Below are positions 14,416-20,450 of a stretch of 20,450 nt of DNA, piece after piece. Both the position numbers and the translations under genes were made by a program. Position 1 is the stretch's first letter, and every line of letters starts with the position of its first letter. The notes beneath the pieces are model-generated. The model did no database searches and was not told the DNA's origin. It saw only the letters and a program-made list of their open reading frames with translations. The stretch comes from a virus, in the IMG/VR virus record IMGVR_UViG_3300046045_000004. One strand, given 5' to 3'.

Positions 14416-14603
14416 CGCGGTGGCGGTGGATAACGGCGGGCCCGGATCGTGCGTCTAGGGTGCCGCCGCGCGCGCGGGCGGCGCCCGTCGAGAGTGGCGA
14501 AAACGGATCGGCTCGGCGACCGTCCGCGTGCGTACAGTCGGCAGCGGCGGGCACGGCCGGGCGGCCCTCGTTCCCCCCAGCCGAGCCGCCCGACGTGCCG
14601 CCT

Positions 14604-14708
14604 CTACCCGTGCGTCGCGAGGTACACGAGCAGCAGCGCGAGCCCGAGCAGCCCGCCGAATGCCAGCACGACGTACGCCGAGGCGCGATCGAGCCCGCGC
14701 CGACGCAC
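14604..14708 (-). CDS. Tiny single-TM protein (34 aa), holin/lysis-accessory candidate
   Basis: Hand translation gives VRRRGLDRASAYVVLAFGGLLGLALLLVYLATHG. It is in frame with, and 7 codons downstream of, the TAG ending the preceding TM ORF. The start codon is uncertain. Confidence 0.4.
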   Translation of the reverse strand: MRRRGLDRASAYVVLAFGGLLGLALLLVYLATHG

Positions 14709-14729
14709 GCCCGCCCGCCGTCGTCGTCG

Positions 14730-14828
14730 CTAGCCGCGGCGCGTGAGCCCGACGAGCCAGCGCACGAGCGCGATACCCGCGAGCACGCCTAGCTCGATGT
14801 TCAGCACGAGAGCTTGCGTATGGCTCAT
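14730..14828 (-). CDS. Tiny single-TM protein (32 aa), holin candidate
   Basis: Hand translation gives MSHTQALVLNIELGVLAGIALVRWLVGLTRRG. The ATG overlaps the endolysin TAA (TAATG). Confidence 0.5.
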   Translation of the reverse strand: MSHTQALVLNIELGVLAGIALVRWLVGLTRRG

Positions 14829-15514
14829 TACTGCCTCGTTCGCATCGCGTACGCCTCGCCCTTAATCGAAACGAGGTCGTAGCCGTGCGCGCCGCCGTCG
14901 CTCGGCGCGCAGAGCACGCGGAACCGTCGCGCGGGATCGTTGCGCACGTTCGCCGGTAGCGAGAAATACGACCCGTAAAACGGGCCGCGCACCGTGCGCA
15001 CGCCGCCGTCGTATTGCAGATCCCACGCGCCCTCGTCGGTTACGAGCCGCGCGACCGTTTCCTTATCTCCGGGCACGTCGTCACCTCCCACGGGCGGCGC
15101 GCTCGCGCCGCCACTCTCGCCGAGGCACGCGGCGACGACCTCGTGCCAGCGCGCCATCGTGAAATCACCGGGGCATACCGTCGAGCTGCCCGGACTATTG
15201 CGATGCGCGACGACCTCGGGCTCGTCGACGACGTACCCGTGCGCGCGTGCGTCGTCGAGCGCCGCGGCGATTACGTCGAGGTCGTGATCGGTAACCGCGT
15301 GCTCCATGCGGTTACCCGGTAGCACGAGGTCGACGCTAACGCCGTTTCGGTCGAGCGTCGCGTACGACGACCAAACATCGCGGAACCGAGCGAACGTATC
15401 GGTACCGATCGCGTACGTGTAGCCGCCCTCAGAGCAGCGCCACGCGTTCGCCGCGGTCGTCGGCGCGCCCGCGCCCTCGTGGTGCACGGTAACGAGCGAG
15501 ACGGGCGCGGGCAT
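14828..15514 (-). CDS. Endolysin: N-acetylmuramoyl-L-alanine amidase (PGRP/Amidase_2-like) with an uncharacterised C-terminal domain
   Basis: Track ORF of 228 aa. VTVHHEG...HRNSPGSSTVCPG matches the zinc-amidase signature. A Gly/Pro linker follows, then a C-terminal domain of about 80 aa. It lies after the tail genes and before the TM ORFs. Confidence 0.8.
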   Translation of the reverse strand: MPAPVSLVTVHHEGAGAPTTAANAWRCSEGGYTYAIGTDTFARFRDVWSSYATLDRNGVSVDLVLPGNRMEHAVTDHDLDVIAAALDDARAHGYVVDEPEVVAHRNSPGSSTVCPGDFTMARWHEVVAACLGESGGASAPPVGGDDVPGDKETVARLVTDEGAWDLQYDGGVRTVRGPFYGSYFSLPANVRNDPARRFRVLCAPSDGGAHGYDLVSIKGEAYAMRTRQ

Positions 15515-15627
15515 TAGTCGCCCGCGTCGTCGTCGTGCTCGGGCTCTGCCTCGGTTTCGGTTTCGTCGTCGTGCTCGACCTCGGGCTCGTCGACGGGCTC
15601 GGGCTCGGGCGTTTCGGTAGGCGTCAT
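15514..15627 (-). CDS. Highly acidic 37-aa ORF
   Basis: Hand translation gives MTPTETPEPEPVDEPEVEHDDETETEAEPEHDDDAGD. There are TAATG overlaps at both ends, so it is perfectly nested between neighbours. Coding status is unproven. Confidence 0.4.
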   Translation of the reverse strand: MTPTETPEPEPVDEPEVEHDDETETEAEPEHDDDAGD

Positions 15628-15788
15628 TAGCTGCTCACTTTCTCGCCGGGTTTCGTGTTCCGCGGGTCCGCGGTCACGCCGTGATTACAACCGCCGCAGA
15701 TAATCGTTTCGGCGGGTATCTCGCCCGCGTTGTCTTTCGCGATTAGGTACTCGGGGCATTCGGCGTTTTCGCAATAGACCGTGCTCAC
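15627..15788 (-). CDS. Small zinc-ribbon protein (53 aa)
   Basis: This is the C-terminal part of track ORF 15627..15950. The GTG at 15788 overlaps the upstream stop (GTGA). VSTVYCENAECPEY...IICGGCNHG fits C-x4-C...C-x2-C. Confidence 0.55.
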   Translation of the reverse strand: MSTVYCENAECPEYLIAKDNAGEIPAETIICGGCNHGVTADPRNTKPGEKVSS

Positions 15789-16261
15789 GATTGCGGCTCC
15801 ATAGCTAGGACGAATAGCGACGCGACGACGTTCGGCATATTCGCGTTCGTCGACGCGGACCAGCAGAACAGGGTTACGGCCGAGGCGGTCGCGCCCGCGA
15901 TGGGCGTAAAAATCCACGCGGCCTGCCCGCCGCCTTGCGCCGCCGACCACACTTGTAAAAACGGCGCCACCGTGAACGGCCGTAGATGGTTAATCGTGCC
16001 TTGCGCGTTCGCGTTGAATGTCACACTTAGCATCCGCGCCTCGACGTGCGGTGCGCCGAGCGTGCGCCACGCCGTACCGTCGTACACTTGCACCGGGTAC
16101 GGCGCGGTCGTGATAACGACCATCTGCCCGACGACGGGCGCGACGATCGCGGCGTCGCGCGCAGCCGTCGACGTGAACGTCGCGACGACCTGCTCGCCGA
16201 CGTAATCGTTAAAGTCTGCCGCGAGCGTTTCCTCGCCGACCGCCCAAACCTTAAACGGCAT
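15785..16261 (-). CDS. Minor tail protein / receptor-binding candidate (158 aa)
   Basis: Track ORF. The N-terminal MPFKVWAVGEETLAADFNDYVGEQVV resembles, from recollection, the conserved N-terminal motif of actinophage minor tail or fibre proteins. It is the last tail gene. Confidence 0.55.
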   Translation of the reverse strand: MPFKVWAVGEETLAADFNDYVGEQVVATFTSTAARDAAIVAPVVGQMVVITTAPYPVQVYDGTAWRTLGAPHVEARMLSVTFNANAQGTINHLRPFTVAPFLQVWSAAQGGGQAAWIFTPIAGATASAVTLFCWSASTNANMPNVVASLFVLAMEPQS

Positions 16262-17669
16262 CGCGCGTACCTCCCCCTAGCCCGAGCACGTACCCCGCGT
16301 CGAGCCGATCGTTAGCGTGCGGGCCGAGCGTGAATATGGAGCCCGAGAGCCCGAGCAGGTCGGCGCCGACGAGGTGCCAGTCGATCTCCCAGCTACGCCG
16401 CGTTATGCGGTACGTAAACCCGATTACGCGCGCGAGGTGATCGACGACCGCCTCGGGCCGATCGGGCGGCGCCCATACGATGCGCGCGAGGTCGGTAACG
16501 AGCGCGAGCGAGAGCACCTCGCGCCAGCACGTCGCGCTATCGGCCGCGATACCCGGAAGCATGGTCACGTCGTCGAGCCCGAGCAGCGGGTACGCGTAGA
16601 GCACGAGCAGGTCGGTAACCCATTTCGCTACTTGCGCGTCGTCGGCGAGCCCGAGGTCGTCGCGGCTGTAGTCATACCGGCCGTAACGCTCGATACTCGC
16701 GAGCGATTGCGCGAGCTGCTCGCTACCGCCCGAGCGCGCGCAGTGAATGCGGTTCCGCTGCTGCGCGTCGGCCGTGCTCGGCGTCGCGTCGGTTAGCACG
16801 TCGTGTAGCCCCTCGCCGCAACCGAGCGCGACGACGGGCGGCGTAATCGCGATCCATGCGGCGCGGTTTGTCCACCGTAGGTGCCCGCTGCGCGTGAAAT
16901 GTACGTAGCCCATCTCGTCGTCGAGCGTGCGGTTAAGTAGCTCCCAGCCGCTCTGCGCGAGCGTCGTGCTCTGTAGCGTCACGGTCGACGCGGGCGCCGG
17001 GTCGACGACTCCGGGCCAGCCGTAGAAATCGACGAGCCGCTGCACGCGCTGCTCGGTCGTGTCGCCGTTGCCCGCGGGCGGTTGCTCGGGCTCGTCGTAG
17101 CGCGCCCAGCGTTTCGTTTCGTCGGTCGCGACGAGCTTCGCCTGCCGCCCGCTCGGGCGCGGTGTCCAATCCTCGGCCCAGCTATCCGCGGTGCCCGTGA
17201 AAACGTCGTAGCTCTCGACCGTGCCCGCGTCGTCGACGACGACCTCGGCGAACGCGTACACGGGCACGCCCGGCGTTAGACGCGAGCGACCGCCGTACGA
17301 AAACGGCGGCACCGGGTTAAGCGGGTCGTAGATGCCGCCCGGATCGGAGAGCGTTACGACGCACGTAGCCGCCTCTGCTTTCGAGAAAATGCCATCGGCC
17401 GATTGCGCGCCGCCGCTTACCTCTACGTCGAGCACGTCGCACGTAAGGTCGTGCCAGAGCCGACCGCTCGGCGCCTCGCGCCCCGCGACCTCGCCGCCGC
17501 CGAGCACGTTTCCCGCGTCGAGACGGTCGTTAGCGTGCGGGCCCATATGGTGCGGCACGCCCGCCTCGATCGCGGCGAGCAGATAGAAACGCACGTAGCC
17601 GCCCCACGCGGGCGCGGCCGCGCCGCCCGGCGTACCGGGCCACGGTTGCGACGGCTCCCAGCTCGTCAC
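16251..17669 (-). CDS. Minor tail protein (distal-tail/baseplate-like, 472 aa)
   Basis: Track ORF. The GTG overlaps the TMP TAG by 1 nt. It occupies the position immediately after the tape measure. It contains an internal direct repeat encoding GPHANDRLDAG. Confidence 0.65.
   Translation of the reverse strand: MTSWEPSQPWPGTPGGAAAPAWGGYVRFYLLAAIEAGVPHHMGPHANDRLDAGNVLGGGEVAGREAPSGRLWHDLTCDVLDVEVSGGAQSADGIFSKAEAATCVVTLSDPGGIYDPLNPVPPFSYGGRSRLTPGVPVYAFAEVVVDDAGTVESYDVFTGTADSWAEDWTPRPSGRQAKLVATDETKRWARYDEPEQPPAGNGDTTEQRVQRLVDFYGWPGVVDPAPASTVTLQSTTLAQSGWELLNRTLDDEMGYVHFTRSGHLRWTNRAAWIAITPPVVALGCGEGLHDVLTDATPSTADAQQRNRIHCARSGGSEQLAQSLASIERYGRYDYSRDDLGLADDAQVAKWVTDLLVLYAYPLLGLDDVTMLPGIAADSATCWREVLSLALVTDLARIVWAPPDRPEAVVDHLARVIGFTYRITRRSWEIDWHLVGADLLGLSGSIFTLGPHANDRLDAGYVLGLGGGTRDAV
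16282..16325. repeat. 44-nt direct repeat, copy B (40/44 identical to 17500-17543)
   Basis: The sequence is ccgagcacgtaccccgcgtcgagccgatcgttagcgtgcgggcc. It encodes the C-terminal GPHANDRLDAGYVLG of the 472-aa tail protein. Confidence 0.85.
17500..17543. repeat. 44-nt direct repeat, copy A
   Basis: The sequence is ccgagcacgtttcccgcgtcgagacggtcgttagcgtgcgggcc. It encodes the N-terminal GPHANDRLDAGNVLG of the same protein. Confidence 0.85.
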
Positions 17670-19351
17670 TAGCCCGCGCTCCGTATCGGGATATCGAGCG
17701 GCCCGTTACGCAAGGTATGTCCGCGCAACGCGCGCACGACCGCCCGCTGAATTTGCGGCGCGTCGGCACCTAGCCCCGTCGTCGTGACCGTGAGGTTTAT
17801 TACGGTCGTGCCGCCCATCGTGTTACCGACGCCCGAGAATGTCTCGCCCGCGTGCACGAGCGCGAGCCCCGTACGCATAACCGAGCCGCCCGTCGCAAGC
17901 GTCGGGATATCGGGTAGGCCGATCGTTTGCCCGCCGAAATGGATAGGCCCGATATCGACTTTCGGCACCGTGAATTCCAGCCCGTTCCACGCGCGGATAA
18001 CGGCGTTTAGCGGGCCCTTAATCGCCGACGCGATCGACGACGCGACGCCCGAGACGTAACCGAGCGCCGTCGAGATCGCCGATTTCACGCGCTCGATAAT
18101 TCCGCTAATGACTCCCCACGCGGCGGTAAACGGCGCGGTCAGCACGCCCGTTATCGCCGACCATGCCGAGCGGAGCCAGCCGAGCAGCGTCGCCGCCGCG
18201 CTCTTTATCGAGTCCCAATAACGCACGATGATCGCGACGGCTATACCTATCGGGCCCGTGAGGATCGCGAGCAGCAGGGGCCAATTGCTCTTAATCCAAT
18301 TCCAGACGGCGCGGATCGCGCCGAGGATCGCGTTCCACGCGGTGACGACGAATCCCCATAGCGTCGCCATCGCCGCTTTAATCGTGTCCCAATTCTTGAC
18401 GATTAGCACGCCGATCGCGATTAGCGCGGCGATAGCCGCTATCACCGCGAGTATCGGCCAGAATGCCGCCGCCATACTGACGCCGAATAGCGTCGCCGCC
18501 ACGCTCGCGATATTCCACGCGACCGCGAGCACGCCGATAACGATCGCGAGCGGCATGATCCACGAGATATTTTTTTCGATGAATCCCGCGATCGTTTCCA
18601 GTATCGGCGCGAGCTTGTCGAGGATCGGTATAAGCGCGTTTCCGATCGCCTCTTGCGCGTTGCCCCACGCTACGTTCATTTTGTCGGCGCTCGTCGCGGT
18701 CGCCTCGGCCGTTCCGCCTACTTGCGTTTCGACGGCGCCGAGCACGACGTTTTGTGCGCCGAGCAGATCGTTACTCTTGACCATCGCCTTTATCTGCTCT
18801 TTTTGCGCGTCGGTAAACGTGACGCCCGAGCGCCCGAGCGCGGTGATTCCTTTTACCGGGTCTTGTAGCGCCTTACCGAGCTGCACCGCGTTCGATTCCA
18901 GCGTGCCGAAACCCGCGGCCGCGAGGTCGGCGCCCGCTGCCGTCGCGCGATCGAATACGCCCGCCTGCCGCGCTGCCTCGCTCGATACGGCGCCGAACGT
19001 CGCGAGCAGCGTTTGACCTTTCTTAATCTCGTCGTCGTCTACGCCGATTTTTTTCGATAGCGAGTCGGCGTACTTGCCCGCCGCCGCCGCGGCGGTGCCC
19101 GTCGTGTCGCCCATCGACTTAAAAACGGCCTCTAGCGCTGCGGTCGCCTTATTGGAGTCGCGCGCCATCGCTACCGTTTTTTTGCCAAACTCGACGACCT
19201 TAGTAACGGCGTATCCGGTAGCGACGCCTTTCGCGATCGCGCCGAGCTTTTTCGTCGCGCTCTGCGCGCTGCTGCCCGTCTCGTCTATCGCCTGCTTCGC
19301 CTTGCGGGCGTCGGCGATTATGTCAATTTTCAGAATCGCGGGCGCGGCCAT
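17669..19351 (-). CDS. Tape measure protein (560 aa)
   Basis: Track ORF. The N-terminus is Ala/Lys-rich and helical. The central hydrophobic segments are IMPLAIVIGVLAVAWNIASVAATLFGV... and there are repeated W-x-x-I/L-K motifs (KNWDTIKAA, WNWIKSNW, RYWDSIKSA). GC is locally lower. It follows the chaperone genes. Confidence 0.9.
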   Translation of the reverse strand: MAAPAILKIDIIADARKAKQAIDETGSSAQSATKKLGAIAKGVATGYAVTKVVEFGKKTVAMARDSNKATAALEAVFKSMGDTTGTAAAAAGKYADSLSKKIGVDDDEIKKGQTLLATFGAVSSEAARQAGVFDRATAAGADLAAAGFGTLESNAVQLGKALQDPVKGITALGRSGVTFTDAQKEQIKAMVKSNDLLGAQNVVLGAVETQVGGTAEATATSADKMNVAWGNAQEAIGNALIPILDKLAPILETIAGFIEKNISWIMPLAIVIGVLAVAWNIASVAATLFGVSMAAAFWPILAVIAAIAALIAIGVLIVKNWDTIKAAMATLWGFVVTAWNAILGAIRAVWNWIKSNWPLLLAILTGPIGIAVAIIVRYWDSIKSAAATLLGWLRSAWSAITGVLTAPFTAAWGVISGIIERVKSAISTALGYVSGVASSIASAIKGPLNAVIRAWNGLEFTVPKVDIGPIHFGGQTIGLPDIPTLATGGSVMRTGLALVHAGETFSGVGNTMGGTTVINLTVTTTGLGADAPQIQRAVVRALRGHTLRNGPLDIPIRSAG

Positions 19352-19354
19352 CGG

Positions 19355-19474
19355 TTACCGCCGTCTCGCTCGTTCGCGGTCGACCTCGGCGAGCAGGTCG
19401 AGCGCGGTTAGCAGCGCGCGCGGATCGTCGAGCCATACCTCGGCCGCGACGCCGCTCCGTAGGGCGACGATCAC
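19355..19474 (-). CDS. 39-codon ORF in the -1 frame of the chaperone gene: either a gpT-like frameshift extension or a separate coupled mini-gene
   Basis: Hand translation gives VIVALRSGVAAEVWLDDPRALLTALDLLAEVDRERARRR. The GTG overlaps the chaperone TGA (GTGA). It ends 3 nt before the TMP ATG and fills the whole gap. Confidence 0.45.
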   Translation of the reverse strand: MIVALRSGVAAEVWLDDPRALLTALDLLAEVDRERARRR

Positions 19475-19764
19475 GGCGGCCCGCCCGAAAGTGTCGCGCT
19501 CGTAGGGTCCAGCGCGTGCGGGTCCGCGTCGTCGAGCGCCTCGGGCATCGCCGCGAGCACGTCGAGAAATGCGTCGTAACTACGGGGCACGTCGACGCCC
19601 TCGCGCAGTAACGCGTTATGTACGACCGCGAACGTAAGGCCCATCGCGGCGAGCCCCTCGCTCGGGTCCATACGCACGCTGGCCCAATCCCGCGCGGTTA
19701 TCTGCACGACGCGCGGCTCGTCGTCGCCGTCGAGCAGTACCGAGAACCGCTGCCACCGTTGCAC
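19471..19764 (-). CDS. Tail assembly chaperone (gpG-like), 97 aa
   Basis: This is the C-terminal part of track ORF 19471..19899. The GTG at 19764 lies 7 nt after GGGGAG and 2 nt after the upstream TAA. It is acidic and lies immediately upstream of the tape measure. Confidence 0.6.
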   Translation of the reverse strand: MQRWQRFSVLLDGDDEPRVVQITARDWASVRMDPSEGLAAMGLTFAVVHNALLREGVDVPRSYDAFLDVLAAMPEALDDADPHALDPTSATLSGGPP

Positions 19765-19766
19765 GC

Positions 19767-20147
19767 TTACGCTCCCCTCACGCGATCGAGCGCCCGCTGC
19801 ACGTCGGCGCGGTACGCCTGCTGCCATTGCGGCTCGGTAGCTTGCGCGCCCCACGCGATAAACGGATCGGGCGCGATATGGCGCGCCTGCCAGCCCCAAT
19901 GAATCGGGCCCGCGTACGGCACGCGCGCGCCGCCCGCCGAGACGCGCGCCCGCCGCGCTTGCCGCGCGGGGCGTACCGACGCGGCGAGCTTGCCCGAGCG
20001 CCGAGGCGCTCGCGCGCTCCCCTCGCGCGCGACGATCTCGCCCGCGCGTCGGTTCGCGTCCTTTAGGTCGTCGAGGTCGTGCCCGGCGCGCCCGAGCGTG
20101 CGCACGAGATTATCGAGCCCCTCGACCGTGTAAGTCTGCCCCGCCAT
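19767..20147 (-). CDS. HK97 gp10-family head-tail joining / tail-completion protein (126 aa)
   Basis: Track ORF. TVEGLDNLVRTL...APRRSGKLAASVRP...VPYAGPIHWGW...PDPFI is the typical gp10-family pattern. The ATG abuts the TAG of the preceding gene. Confidence 0.75.
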   Translation of the reverse strand: MAGQTYTVEGLDNLVRTLGRAGHDLDDLKDANRRAGEIVAREGSARAPRRSGKLAASVRPARQARRARVSAGGARVPYAGPIHWGWQARHIAPDPFIAWGAQATEPQWQQAYRADVQRALDRVRGA

Positions 20148-20450
20148 CTACTCGCCCGAGCTAGCCGACGCCGCGGCGGTCCGCGCGACGGGCGGCGTGC
20201 GCACGAGCGGCGCGGTTAGCTGCCACTCGAAATCGCTCGTTATACGCGCGTTCACGTCGCCGCCGTACGTCTCGGCGGGCACCTCGATACGGAGCGAGCC
20301 GGTAAGCGTCGGGCCCGCGGCGTTCGGCGTGTACGTGAACGCGACGACCTCTAGGTCGTGGTCGTAGCAATACTCGATGATCGAGTCGCCCGCGGCCGCG
20401 GTCCAATCTTGAATTACGGTGCCCGCGAGCGAGCGGCCGCCGAGCTTGCG
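20148..20450 (-). CDS. Putative major tail protein, C-terminal part (5' end runs off the window; 20324-20450 duplicates 1-127)
   Basis: Hand translation gives ...FTYTPNAAGPTLTGSLRIEVPAETYGGDVNARITSDFEWQLTAPLVRTPPVARTAAASASSGE, ending in the TAG at 20150-20148. It is in frame with 1-292 through the repeat. Confidence 0.55.
   Translation of the reverse strand, partial: RKLGGRSLAGTVIQDWTAAAGDSIIEYCYDHDLEVVAFTYTPNAAGPTLTGSLRIEVPAETYGGDVNARITSDFEWQLTAPLVRTPPVARTAAASASSGE
20324..20450. repeat. Terminal direct repeat, copy 2 (identical to 1-127)
   Basis: See copy 1. Confidence 0.95.

Larger units (their letters stand above)
1..20323. mobile_element. Complete circular (or circularly assembled) temperate siphovirus-like phage genome, unit length 20,323 bp
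   Basis: There is an exact 127-bp overlap between the window start and end. The window holds a full set of packaging, head, tail, lysis, integration and recombination modules. One gene reads in frame across the junction. Confidence 0.8.

Noticed and set aside
14340-14420. tRNA gene or tRNA-derived attP core near the integrase
   Set aside because: The hairpin GCCCC-tatccacaa-GGGGC has a 9-nt loop without the T-loop consensus. I found no acceptor or anticodon arms, and no GTTCRANYC-type T-loop in either intergenic region. A covariance-model scan would still be needed to exclude this fully.
14604-14828. Genome-wide reassignment of TAG as a sense codon
   Set aside because: TAG terminates several genes at exactly the points where the next gene starts: the TMP at 17669, the tail tube gene at 20148, and plus-cassette genes at 6702 and 7289. 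TAG therefore functions as a stop here, and only local readthrough at 14730 remains a possibility.
16282-17543. Diversity-generating retroelement (template/variable repeat pair) in the tail gene
   Set aside because: There is no reverse transcriptase anywhere in the genome. The repeats are only 44 nt, and their four mismatches are not restricted to adenine positions.
1-20450. Apparent abundance of CTAG and of CTA/TTA/CAA/GTA codons in a high-GC genome
   Set aside because: A rough composition-based expectation, about 50-60 CTAG sites for this length and GC, is in the range I see by eye. I therefore cannot claim over-representation without a proper count. It only suggests CTAG is not avoided.

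Overview
The window is a complete, circularly closed genome of about 20.3 kb from a high-GC tailed phage (siphovirus-like, temperate). Bases 1-127 are identical to bases 20324-20450, so the unit length is 20,323 bp, and one gene, the putative major tail protein, is split across the window ends. I support about 40 tightly packed genes. All are on the minus strand except one four-gene plus-strand cassette at 6393-7742. Reading the minus strand:
- Packaging and head: HNH endonuclease, large terminase, portal, small basic protein, HK97-type prohead protease, HK97-fold major capsid protein.
- Neck and tail: gp6-like adaptor, terminator-like protein, putative major tail protein, HK97-gp10-like protein, tail chaperone plus a -1 frame extension, 560-aa tape measure protein, two minor tail proteins.
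- Two tiny ORFs, one a Zn ribbon and one acidic.
- Lysis: amidase endolysin and two tiny transmembrane (TM) ORFs.
- A repeat-rich intergenic region (attP candidate).
- Integration: tyrosine integrase, hairpin, Xis-like helix-turn-helix (HTH) protein.
- Recombination and early genes: PD-(D/E)XK exonuclease, RecT, many small Cys-rich ORFs, a 179-aa ORF carrying an iteron and cruciform array, a DPPY methyltransferase, and a MerR-like HTH protein.

I found no rRNA, tRNA or CRISPR array. I also found no recognisable small terminase, replicative polymerase, helicase or primase, or CI-type repressor.

The most interesting signals are:
- The iteron/palindrome/cruciform block embedded in a coding region (9162-9363), a putative origin.
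- The T-tract tandem repeat between the HNH and terL genes (putative cos).
- Rare 8- to 11-mers found in the two long intergenic gaps I checked.
- The opposite-strand zinc-finger cassette.
- Two in-frame TM ORFs separated by a single TAG.
- The very small size of an apparently complete temperate tailed phage.

All functional calls come from motif recognition by eye. No database search was run.
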